Virus record (IMG/VR): IMGVR_UViG_3300009128_000013
Reading direction: 5' to 3' (one strand)
Source: an uncultured virus (IMG/VR IMGVR_UViG_3300009128_000013)
Lineage: Duplodnaviria > Heunggongvirae > Uroviricota > Caudoviricetes
DNA: 64,000 bases
The notes below the pieces were generated by a model. It had not been told where the DNA came from. It was given only the letters and a program-made list of their open reading frames with translations, and ran no database searches. Position 1 is the first letter of the stretch; each line of letters opens with the position of its first letter. Shown one piece after another: positions 1 to 7,836 of the stretch. Position numbers and translations under genes: made by a program.

Positions 1-43
1 TTGCGTATTCAGAAAAAGTCATTTCTCTTTCAGTTAGTGCCAT
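1..43 (-). CDS. 5' end of an ORF running off the window (MALTEREMTFSEYA...); predicted C-terminal split-intein fragment plus RecA C-extein
   Basis: ATG at 43-41 preceded by AGGAGA (54-49); overlaps the recA-N stop; frame open to the window edge. The function is inferred. Confidence 0.6.
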   Translation of the reverse strand, partial: MALTEREMTFSEYA

Positions 44-815
44 CGTTATCTCCTTTGGCGTTATATTCACGGAACCTCTCCGCGAAAAGTGAGTTTTCGT
101 CGTAACGAATTTTAATTTTAGTCGTAAACGGGTCGACGCACGTGGGATCCCCGTACATTACGCCTATCTTGGTTCTCGTCTGATTTAAACATACCATCAG
201 TGTGTTTGTTTGACCGATAACACCAGTAATTTTTCGCATTCCTTTGGATATAGCTCTAGCGTTAAGACCTATAGAATTCTTATCATAATCGCCATCTAGC
301 TCTGCTTTAGGTGAAGAAGCAGCAACGCTATCCCAAATAATAGTAATGGGTACATCTTTGTCCAGCCCTTGTGCCTTTAAGATTGTAGACTCTGCAACCT
401 GAAATACTTCTTCCGTGCAGTGTGTATCAACATAGACGAATCTCTTTGATACGTCAACTCCAAGCATTGCAAGGTTTTCTACACTTGTTGCATTTTCTGT
501 GTCGATATATACTACAATTCCGCCCATCTTTTGTGTAGACGCTGCAATTTGAGTAGCGATATGCGACTTTCCAATTGACGGTGGGCCAAATATTTCAACA
601 ATTCTTCCTTCTGGTAAGCCGCCGTCTCTCCTGTTTGAACAGATATAGTCTAGAAGTCGGGACCCTGTCGATATCCATCGCTTGACATGTGTTGGTGAAT
701 CATCACATGACAAATTGTATGCAACACGTGTTCCATGTTCTTTGTTAAGCGATTTTATTAGCTCACTAGTGAAATCTTTTGATTCGTTTGACTTTTTTGC
801 CATACAGGTATCCAT
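30..815 (-). CDS. recA: RecA/UvsX recombinase N-terminal part fused to a short N-intein fragment
   Basis: ISTGS..LD, GGLPEGRIVEIFGPPSIGKS (Walker A), YIDTE, IIWDSVAA (Walker B), NQTRTKIGVMYGDPT. RecA similarity stops there and CVDPFTTKIKIR follows. The true start is probably MAKK at 800. Confidence 0.93.
   Translation of the reverse strand: MDTCMAKKSNESKDFTSELIKSLNKEHGTRVAYNLSCDDSPTHVKRWISTGSRLLDYICSNRRDGGLPEGRIVEIFGPPSIGKSHIATQIAASTQKMGGIVVYIDTENATSVENLAMLGVDVSKRFVYVDTHCTEEVFQVAESTILKAQGLDKDVPITIIWDSVAASSPKAELDGDYDKNSIGLNARAISKGMRKITGVIGQTNTLMVCLNQTRTKIGVMYGDPTCVDPFTTKIKIRYDENSLFAERFREYNAKGDNDGTN
33..140 (-). mobile_element. Putative split intein N-fragment (36 aa)
   Basis: Begins with Cys, has an intein block A-like sequence CVDPFTTKIKIRY, and sits exactly where RecA homology ends. 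Confidence 0.75.
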
Positions 816-834
816 ATATGTAATGTATGTGAAG

Positions 835-859
835 AAATTTGGGGGGCGTTTCCGCCCCC
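835..859 (-). terminator. GC-rich hairpin downstream of ssb, possible intrinsic terminator
   Basis: GGGGGCG-GAAA-CGCCCCC on the minus strand; the U-tract is weak. Confidence 0.5.
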
Positions 860-869
860 GTTATAAGTT

Positions 870-1664
870 TTACAGATCTTCTAAGTCAGCAAAGGCATCA
901 TCAAGACTTTTATACTTGCTAGATGTTTCTGTAGTAGATGTACCTGTAGTTGAAGTAGAAGTACTCGAAGATGTATTCCCTCTCGTAGAGCCTTCTGACT
1001 CATCATCTGCATCGCCGTTCAACCAATCATTGACAATTTTCTCTAGCTCGTCATATGTCTTAAGAGTAAACAAGTCATCTAAGTTTGGGATTGCTCCTAC
1101 CCATTGCTGCGCTTGATCAGTACTGCTAGCAAGAGTAGACTGCTTACCACGTGGGCGAACTTCAGTCATAGCCCACATTCTGCCGGGCTGTTTTGTGCAA
1201 ATTACTTTAACATCTCTGCCATCCGTTGGATCTGTGATATCTCCATAGTCGTCATCTAGCATAATGTTCAGAAGTGACTGATATACTGTCTTTCCAAATG
1301 CCCAGAGACGTACACCCTTATCTTCTTCTCCTCGAACCACAACAGGTGCATATGATCGCATCTTTGGATACAGCTTCTTGGCGAGTTCATATGACTCTTT
1401 ACTGCCATCGTCACGGAGTTTATTGATTAGCTCTTGAACCGGATCAGGATTTCCAAACTGGTGAGGTGTTAGAAGACCTGGATTATTTCCAATGTTATAA
1501 TAGAACCAGCGTTCCTTGAATGGTTGCCCATCATTATCTGGAAATGAAAGCAAACGAACAGTATGTTCCTCACCTTCTTGTGGTCGCCACATTGTGTTGC
1601 GTTTTGAACTTCTGCCGGAAAGTTGTCCCAGCTTCTTACGAATTGCATCGAAATCGATTGCCAT
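870..1664 (-). CDS. Single-stranded DNA-binding protein, T4 gp32-like
   Basis: WRP..GEEHTVRLLSFP, LWAFGKTVY, YGDITDPTDGRD, acidic C-terminal tail (DDAFADLEDL); adjacent to recA; AAGGAG SD. Confidence 0.85.
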   Translation of the reverse strand: MAIDFDAIRKKLGQLSGRSSKRNTMWRPQEGEEHTVRLLSFPDNDGQPFKERWFYYNIGNNPGLLTPHQFGNPDPVQELINKLRDDGSKESYELAKKLYPKMRSYAPVVVRGEEDKGVRLWAFGKTVYQSLLNIMLDDDYGDITDPTDGRDVKVICTKQPGRMWAMTEVRPRGKQSTLASSTDQAQQWVGAIPNLDDLFTLKTYDELEKIVNDWLNGDADDESEGSTRGNTSSSTSTSTTGTSTTETSSKYKSLDDAFADLEDL

Positions 1665-1676
1665 GTTTCTAACTCC

Positions 1677-1708
1677 TTAGTTTGTTAGTTTGTTAGTTTG
1701 TTAGTTTG
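1677..1708 (-). repeat. Tandem 8-mer repeat (CAAACTAA)x4 in the ssb leader
   Basis: TTAGTTTG x4 on the plus strand, directly abutting the ssb SD; a further partial copy at 1722-1729. Confidence 0.95.
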
Positions 1709-1788
1709 CTATTGCAAATTCTTTGTTAGTGTCAGTTATATAGTAGTGTATAGTGATTCAAATGTTCAATGTAGTTAATAGAAAGTAT

Positions 1789-2109
1789 CTAAATATTCTT
1801 AACAGCAGACGCACGAGCAAAAGAACTCGCATAAGCCTCTCCTGGAGACTTTTTCTTTTTCTTCTTAGACTTTTTTGGATGCGCTGGTCCAGTGCCCAAA
1901 GGAGTTGTTACGCCTTGAATTGTGCCTGCAGACTGCATTGAACCGGCGCCAGTGCTTATTGCACTTGCTTCATCATGATGTTCATCACCATTTTCTCGGC
2001 CGGCAGTCTCATCAGGCTCAGTTAGTAACTTATCTGTTTTGTGTTTGCGCTTATCTTCTTTTGCATTTTCAGCAATGAGTGCACGAATATATGCTCTTAG
2101 TAGTCTCAT
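1789..2109 (-). CDS. Hypothetical protein, low complexity with a basic C-terminus
   Basis: ORF fits the gene order; N-terminal LLRAYIRALIAE motif; ATATTTA motif upstream. Confidence 0.65.
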   Translation of the reverse strand: MRLLRAYIRALIAENAKEDKRKHKTDKLLTEPDETAGRENGDEHHDEASAISTGAGSMQSAGTIQGVTTPLGTGPAHPKKSKKKKKKSPGEAYASSFARASAVKNI

Positions 2110-2128
2110 ATAGCTAAATATATAAGTG

Positions 2129-2701
2129 CTACCCTCTATTCCTATGTATAACCTGCTGTTTTGATTGTTGAAGAAGAAGCGCTAAAGACGGTTCATGTCC
2201 TACATAGAATCTATTTTCTTCAAAGTGTGAGCCTTGTGCTAGCTGAATTGCCAGCCACTCATCTGTGCTAAGTGTTACTCCAAAATGCTGTAATAGATTC
2301 AGTGTTCTATGTGAAACCGACATCTTCTGTAAGTTATCATTGTACTTATAAAGCTGGCCCAGTTTCTCACGGTGCCACAATGAGTCTTGTTCAATAAAAT
2401 AATCAGTCTCTGTGTCTCCTACCTTTCCAATATCATGGAGGAGACCAACTTTCAATATAGAATTAGTATCCACATCTAAACTTAAAGCTTTACACATAGT
2501 TCTCATTGTAAGCGTTACATCTAGCGAATGTTCAATTAGACCTCCAGGTGCACAATTGTATTGATCTTCTTTTGGCGATGCTGGTGACATAATCATTCGT
2601 TCACCAACAGTGTCTAAAAGTTTGTCTAGATTGCTATCTTCTAATTTTCCACACAACTTTTCATATGTGTTCCAGTTATCCTGAATTCTATCAATGCTCA
2701 T
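2129..2701 (-). CDS. HD-domain phosphohydrolase (YhaM-like HD domain)
   Basis: PAS...GGLIEHSLDV, GLLHDIGKVG. Confidence 0.85.
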   Translation of the reverse strand: MSIDRIQDNWNTYEKLCGKLEDSNLDKLLDTVGERMIMSPASPKEDQYNCAPGGLIEHSLDVTLTMRTMCKALSLDVDTNSILKVGLLHDIGKVGDTETDYFIEQDSLWHREKLGQLYKYNDNLQKMSVSHRTLNLLQHFGVTLSTDEWLAIQLAQGSHFEENRFYVGHEPSLALLLQQSKQQVIHRNRG

Positions 2702-2716
2702 TTTTCACCCTTATTA

Positions 2717-3208
2717 TTACGATATTTTAGTAAGTACAATTTCAACTCCATTAGAAGATCTATTTACTACAATTTTATGATCAGTAGCTTTAAGCAATTT
2801 AGCTTTTTCAGCGCCATAAAGTGTATGTGTCATGTAAAGTGTCCCATCTCGTGGTGTAATCTCCGACGTAGAAACTCTAATAATAGATTTCTTTGGCATT
2901 TCATCTAAAACAGCACCAGAATATGCCCTACGCATAAGATCAGTCCCATAAATTGCCGCACGAATTAAGTTTAGTACGATTTTTGGAGTTGTATTACCCT
3001 CAATTTTATTAGGTATTCTTAGTTCTTCCATTAGCTTATGAGGATTTTGATGAGCTAGTGCTTTTGCCCTACGAATATTTGCCTTGATACCACCTTTTCC
3101 AACATAACCTCGCTGGACATTAGATGAACTGTCACCTGAAGATTTTCTTTCTTCTTGGATAATTCTTTGTATTTGCTTAAAGATAAAGTTTTCTGTATTG
3201 TTTGCCAT
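2717..3208 (-). CDS. Hypothetical protein
   Basis: 163-aa ORF packed between its neighbours. Confidence 0.65.
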   Translation of the reverse strand: MANNTENFIFKQIQRIIQEERKSSGDSSSNVQRGYVGKGGIKANIRRAKALAHQNPHKLMEELRIPNKIEGNTTPKIVLNLIRAAIYGTDLMRRAYSGAVLDEMPKKSIIRVSTSEITPRDGTLYMTHTLYGAEKAKLLKATDHKIVVNRSSNGVEIVLTKIS

Positions 3209-3215
3209 GATAATG

Positions 3216-4466
3216 CTAAGTATTCCCGGAAGTGATAGTAGTTACTGATAATGGAAAGTTTCCCAGATCATGTTTATAGCCTTCAGCACATATGCTTTCA
3301 ATTTTATCTAAACATGTTGTGTCGACATCAATTATTAGAGCATCATGAATAACAAATATTGGCTTAAATGATACATTGTTATAGTCGAGTACATTCACTA
3401 ATTTAGAAAAACCTGTCAAGGCAAGATCTGATGCTGACGATTGAATGTAATGACTTATAAGTATGCTTTTTCTAGATACATCTGACGCTAGAGGTCGGCC
3501 GAAGTAATTAGTAAGCTTTCCTGAAGTTGCTGCAAGGGTTAGCTCGTTTTCTAATCTTCCCAAACCGAAGAAATTTCTTACAGCTCTAATAACTGCTCTA
3601 GAATTTTCTGTGGGAATCATCTCAGAAAGCTTTTTGTGTGAAATTCCGTACATAGCAGCAAGAACAGCTAATTTAACCTGACTTCTAGTCATCCGATCAT
3701 CAAAAAGATTCTGATTTATATGAGTGTATATATCAGCCGGGGGAGATCCCCCCAATACTAACGACAAAACTCGAGGCTCAATTGACACAAAGTCAATTTG
3801 AATTATTTTCCCACGCTTAAAGCTACTTTGAATAACATTACGATATTTTTGTGGAAGCGTCAAAATCGCAGGCCCAGATTGCACTGTCAACCGGCCTGTG
3901 ACAGTAGCTGATTGATCATATAACACTTTTCTTGACAACATATTGTTGTCTGGAAGAAATGATTGTAATGATGATATAACTGACGGACCAGAGCTTGTCT
4001 CATTGACGTACCGATTAATTTTGTCTTTTGACGTAGTAGCTCTAGAAAGGCTTAGAAGAAATCCTCTAGCGTCTGTGTATGTTTTAGTATAGTTCGTACG
4101 ATCGAGTCCACAGATGACATTCTGAGCTGCTTGGATGATACAATTGAGACCGCTATCGAATAGATTTTGTCCCAGTACTAGTCGCCATGGGATTGAGCTC
4201 AAATCTTTACTTCCCAAAGCTTTGAATGCTTCAATGTGTTTCTCAGCCGCGATATGCGGGATAACTTGGCCTGTGATTTTTGCAGCTGCCTCAATAGACA
4301 ATACGTACTCATCTATAGCTGCACCAACTGTCCAAATATTGTTAGGAGACAGACTACACCAGCTATATGATATACTCTCTGCTATATCAACAATTAAGTG
4401 TTGCGATGTGCCAATCACATCTTTTCTAATACAAAGTTTCACGTGAAAATAATACCACACAAACAA
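3216..4466 (-). CDS. Compact family A DNA polymerase (polymerase domain, no recognisable exonuclease domain)
   Basis: TVTGRLT, motif A DFVSIEPR, motif B RSQVKLAVLAAMYG, NYFGR, HYIQSSASD, motif C IHDA; the start codon is uncertain. Confidence 0.85.
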   Translation of the reverse strand: MFVWYYFHVKLCIRKDVIGTSQHLIVDIAESISYSWCSLSPNNIWTVGAAIDEYVLSIEAAAKITGQVIPHIAAEKHIEAFKALGSKDLSSIPWRLVLGQNLFDSGLNCIIQAAQNVICGLDRTNYTKTYTDARGFLLSLSRATTSKDKINRYVNETSSGPSVISSLQSFLPDNNMLSRKVLYDQSATVTGRLTVQSGPAILTLPQKYRNVIQSSFKRGKIIQIDFVSIEPRVLSLVLGGSPPADIYTHINQNLFDDRMTRSQVKLAVLAAMYGISHKKLSEMIPTENSRAVIRAVRNFFGLGRLENELTLAATSGKLTNYFGRPLASDVSRKSILISHYIQSSASDLALTGFSKLVNVLDYNNVSFKPIFVIHDALIIDVDTTCLDKIESICAEGYKHDLGNFPLSVTTITSGNT

Positions 4467-4481
4467 ACTAAGTACATTTAT

Positions 4482-7400
4482 TTATGAATTACTCTCAGGA
4501 TCAAGCTCACCTATCTGCTTTATTGCCTTACCAACCATATCAAACAGTGTCTCATACTTACCGTACGCATCTGGCATATTGACTAACTTGAGTGATGTTC
4601 CAAACTCACCTTGTTTAATAGAATGCTCAATTCCTGTAATTGAGTAGATATTATCCGCTGTGGTTCCTGTGTCAAAATCACAAAATATCTGCTGTCCTAC
4701 AGTGGCTAACGGGAAGCCCATACACTCTAGAGTAAGCTCCATTGGTGCTACCCTTAGCGGCACACCTGTATTTTGATATCCTGATGGTTCATCATCTGAT
4801 GATCCGTTTCTAAGCATGTTGACAGATGCTAGCGCAGAGTTTTGCATAGACTGCAAATTTGCTGAGTGAACGCCGCTAGTGCCTGTCCCGTAACGAAAAT
4901 AAGGCATAACTGATCTAAGATACCCTTTAATTGCGCTAATTCCGCCCTTGAGCCTAAATGATTTTCCCTTCATCTCATCAAGTGATATGGGTGAAGCTAT
5001 ACCAGTTTGCACAGGAAATGGCTCAAGTAAACCTCGATCTATAGCGTCTCGTATCATAGCATGGTAATCTGATGCATGATCAGCGCTGAGTGATTCACTG
5101 TCGCCTGATGTTATATTTCTTGACTCAATATTTATCATACCTATTTGTGAGTTCCTTGCTGCACTCAATAATTGAATAGGCCCAGAATGTGATGTCTGTA
5201 CTTGATCTGTGACATAAACTCGAAGTATTACTTTGTTAGGTATGCTCTGGTGTGGAACTGACTCCATACGCATTTGAATTACGGGCTTTCGAAATGTTAG
5301 ATCATCGTCGTCACCATAAGCTGCTCGAAGTATTCGTTGCTTTGCAGAAAGCAGCTTCGTTGTATTCACTTCTTCACCAGACATGTACTGTGTAGCAAGA
5401 ACTCTCTGTGTTGCATCTTCTTCATCTCTCCCAGCGTATATTCCACTCATGCCATAAGCAGCTTGGCCTTGATCAGAGAAAAAATATTTATTCATGAACC
5501 CAACAAAAGAGTTGACTGTCATTTTTGGATTTTTTTTCAACTCTTCGCTTATGAATGTATCAAAGTCAGATATTGATACTGGATATTGTGCTATATTGAA
5601 GTCTTTCATGAATGATGCTTTGTCATTAAAGCTATAGAATAGTAATTGTACTTCATCAAATTGTCCCGTTTTTGCTAGTGGGACACCTAAAAATGATGAT
5701 AATACCATGCCGAACGATACATACTTTTTCGTTCTTCGACGGTTTCCTCGAAAATGCCAGCTGATTGTTTTTCCGGCTTCTGCGGGTAGGTTGACTGGGC
5801 GGAAGAAGGGATCGCTTCTCTTTAGATCAGTTATTTTGCCCCCTATAGATGAAGCTATTGAAGTCTCTAGAGATCTTAGTGCACCATTTGATCCGTCGCC
5901 GGCGGTGCCGTAAAGATCTTTGAGTAAGTCTCTCAAGTTACCCAATTCTTGCAATTCTTCACTATTTGAATTTGAATTTATAAACGCTCTGACTTCTTGC
6001 ATTGTTTCATCGTCTAAGGTTGCTGCTGTTCTATCAGATGAAACAGACTCTAAAAAGCCGAAGCCTTCTAGTTCTGATACGCCACCGGCTGCATTAGAAA
6101 GCCGGCTTCTTATAACAGAGATCGCTTCAGTTATTGCCTGAATTGCTTCCGCTTCTTCAACAAGCCCTTCTCCCAAGTAAACCTTAGTAGTATTTAGCGC
6201 GTTTTGACCTAACATGCTCAGTTTAGCTTGAATTTCTACTTGACCGTCAGCAGTAAAAGAGTAGCTCGTATTGACAACTTGATAGAATTCTTTTACTTTG
6301 AGTGCATCAATAAACTGTCCATACTTGCTAGATAATGTTGAAGTACTGTCCAGTTTACCGTCCGGGTGTGACCAGCCGTAAGTAATCATTAGCTTAAGCT
6401 TTCCGTACAGTGATGGTTTGACCAAGTGTGCTACTTCATGAAGTCGACTTCGATCATGAAGTGTAATAGTCATAGCACCTGTTTTGTGGGAGAAAAGACC
6501 GACTGAGGGTGTTACTGTGAATTTTAGATTATTGAGAGTCATCAAGGGTCTAAATTTGTCAATTACAGGGGTGCTTCTCACGGATGAGTCAGTATTGTTG
6601 CTTATTTCTCTATGTGATTCGTTGGCATTAACTAGTGTTTGCGGTGCTGTGAATAGCTCCATTCCAGAAGTGGATATATTGTTATTTGCTTCATTTGTGA
6701 TGTCAAAGTCTGTGTCTCTTCCACTTACTATTCCCTCTGCAGCTGTATCATCTCCGACACCAACGTCATGGCGACCGTATAAAAATCCTGTGAGGTTTGG
6801 TGTACCGGTGTTTATATAGCGGCTGTCTGATTCGGGAAATAATGATGACGAAGACCCTTCTGTTATCAATCGTACGTCTATGTACGGTACTGCACGGGAA
6901 AGCTCGAGCGTTGGAATTCCTGCTAAGAAAAATGCCATAGCATCAGTATTATTATTTGATGGGTCAAACTTAGGGGGAAATATTTGAATAACACCCAGCG
7001 ATGGTTCTGATTTTGTTGGATTCGCTGTATTGATATTTAGAAAGGCATGCCCAGCAGAGGCAACATCAGATTCAGAATCAGTCATAGAATGGTCAATGTC
7101 AAATAAAATATTTCCAGCATTTCCGTCAACAGGAATGTTAGTAGCGTCACCTTGGCCTCGGAAGTTTCCATTATTACTAGCATTATAGCCGGGAATGTCT
7201 TGAGGCATTGTTCCGCCCGCTAGGTCATTATAGTCAGACGTAATACATACATATTGATTGATTTTATCACTAAATGTTGTCCCGTCTTCTCCCGCGCTTG
7301 TCTCAGCAATCTTTCCTAAGTACTCATTTATGAAGAGCCCACCTTCTACTATGTTTGTCAATAATGACACTGCAGAGTCTTCTATACTGGGATCGGGTGG

Positions 7401-7538
7401 TGAAAATCCTAAATCTGTACTTTCAGTATCACTCATAAGAAGTGTGTTGAATGCATCTTTTCTTAGAATGCCGTAGTAAAGTGCTATTCCGTCTAGTGCT
7501 TCATCTAGCTTTGTAGCTGTTCCCAGTGTTAGTGACAT
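4482..7538 (-). CDS. Putative baseplate hub protein (gp27/P2 gpD-like)
   Basis: Follows the LysM-like gene; ITYGWS motif and C-terminal GQQIFCDF...YSITGIEHSIKQGEFGTSLKL. Confidence 0.55.
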   Translation of the reverse strand: MSLTLGTATKLDEALDGIALYYGILRKDAFNTLLMSDTESTDLGFSPPDPSIEDSAVSLLTNIVEGGLFINEYLGKIAETSAGEDGTTFSDKINQYVCITSDYNDLAGGTMPQDIPGYNASNNGNFRGQGDATNIPVDGNAGNILFDIDHSMTDSESDVASAGHAFLNINTANPTKSEPSLGVIQIFPPKFDPSNNNTDAMAFFLAGIPTLELSRAVPYIDVRLITEGSSSSLFPESDSRYINTGTPNLTGFLYGRHDVGVGDDTAAEGIVSGRDTDFDITNEANNNISTSGMELFTAPQTLVNANESHREISNNTDSSVRSTPVIDKFRPLMTLNNLKFTVTPSVGLFSHKTGAMTITLHDRSRLHEVAHLVKPSLYGKLKLMITYGWSHPDGKLDSTSTLSSKYGQFIDALKVKEFYQVVNTSYSFTADGQVEIQAKLSMLGQNALNTTKVYLGEGLVEEAEAIQAITEAISVIRSRLSNAAGGVSELEGFGFLESVSSDRTAATLDDETMQEVRAFINSNSNSEELQELGNLRDLLKDLYGTAGDGSNGALRSLETSIASSIGGKITDLKRSDPFFRPVNLPAEAGKTISWHFRGNRRRTKKYVSFGMVLSSFLGVPLAKTGQFDEVQLLFYSFNDKASFMKDFNIAQYPVSISDFDTFISEELKKNPKMTVNSFVGFMNKYFFSDQGQAAYGMSGIYAGRDEEDATQRVLATQYMSGEEVNTTKLLSAKQRILRAAYGDDDDLTFRKPVIQMRMESVPHQSIPNKVILRVYVTDQVQTSHSGPIQLLSAARNSQIGMINIESRNITSGDSESLSADHASDYHAMIRDAIDRGLLEPFPVQTGIASPISLDEMKGKSFRLKGGISAIKGYLRSVMPYFRYGTGTSGVHSANLQSMQNSALASVNMLRNGSSDDEPSGYQNTGVPLRVAPMELTLECMGFPLATVGQQIFCDFDTGTTADNIYSITGIEHSIKQGEFGTSLKLVNMPDAYGKYETLFDMVGKAIKQIGELDPESNS

Positions 7539-7834
7539 TAGCCTATCAACTCTTCAACTTGTGATATATCTTTAGGGATTATAAGTCTTGTGCCTGGCGG
7601 AACTTGCAAGCCCCATCCCACTCCGCTGCATGCTGCAATAACCCACCAGTATTGTGATGATCCCAAGTATCTACCGGCTAAGATGTCTAATCGCTCGTTT
7701 TCTTTTGAGACGTGAATTCTTGACGACAGCCTTCCAGACTCAGCTGCTTTTCTAAGACGTGTGTTAGTATCAGAAGTGCTCAGGATAGACCCTCCGCGTA
7801 TTCTTGATGATCGTTTATATCTAGATATTGACAT
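7538..7834 (-). CDS. Baseplate LysM-like protein (gp53/P2 gpX-like)
   Basis: ERLDILAGRYLGSSQYWWVIAA...VPPGTRLIIP. Confidence 0.8.
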   Translation of the reverse strand: MSISRYKRSSRIRGGSILSTSDTNTRLRKAAESGRLSSRIHVSKENERLDILAGRYLGSSQYWWVIAACSGVGWGLQVPPGTRLIIPKDISQVEELIG

Positions 7835-7836
7835 TG

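Noticed and set aside
30..815. recA as a simple truncated pseudogene
   Set aside because: The break coincides with a Cys-initiated intein-like segment and an SD-led overlapping ORF, and the upstream catalytic motifs are intact.
1677..1729. CRISPR array or replication-origin iterons
   Set aside because: The 8-nt units have no spacers; their position against the ssb SD favours an mRNA-level role, though an origin cannot be strictly excluded.
1731..1770. Sigma70 promoter upstream of ssb (TTGAAC/TTGAAT with TACTAT/TATAAC)
   Set aside because: Spacing is 18 or 15 nt and the matches are imperfect; too ambiguous to call.
2129..4466. Z-genome (DatZ + DpoZ) system
   Set aside because: The HD protein looks YhaM-like, the polymerase lacks the exonuclease domain, and no purZ or mazZ is in the window.
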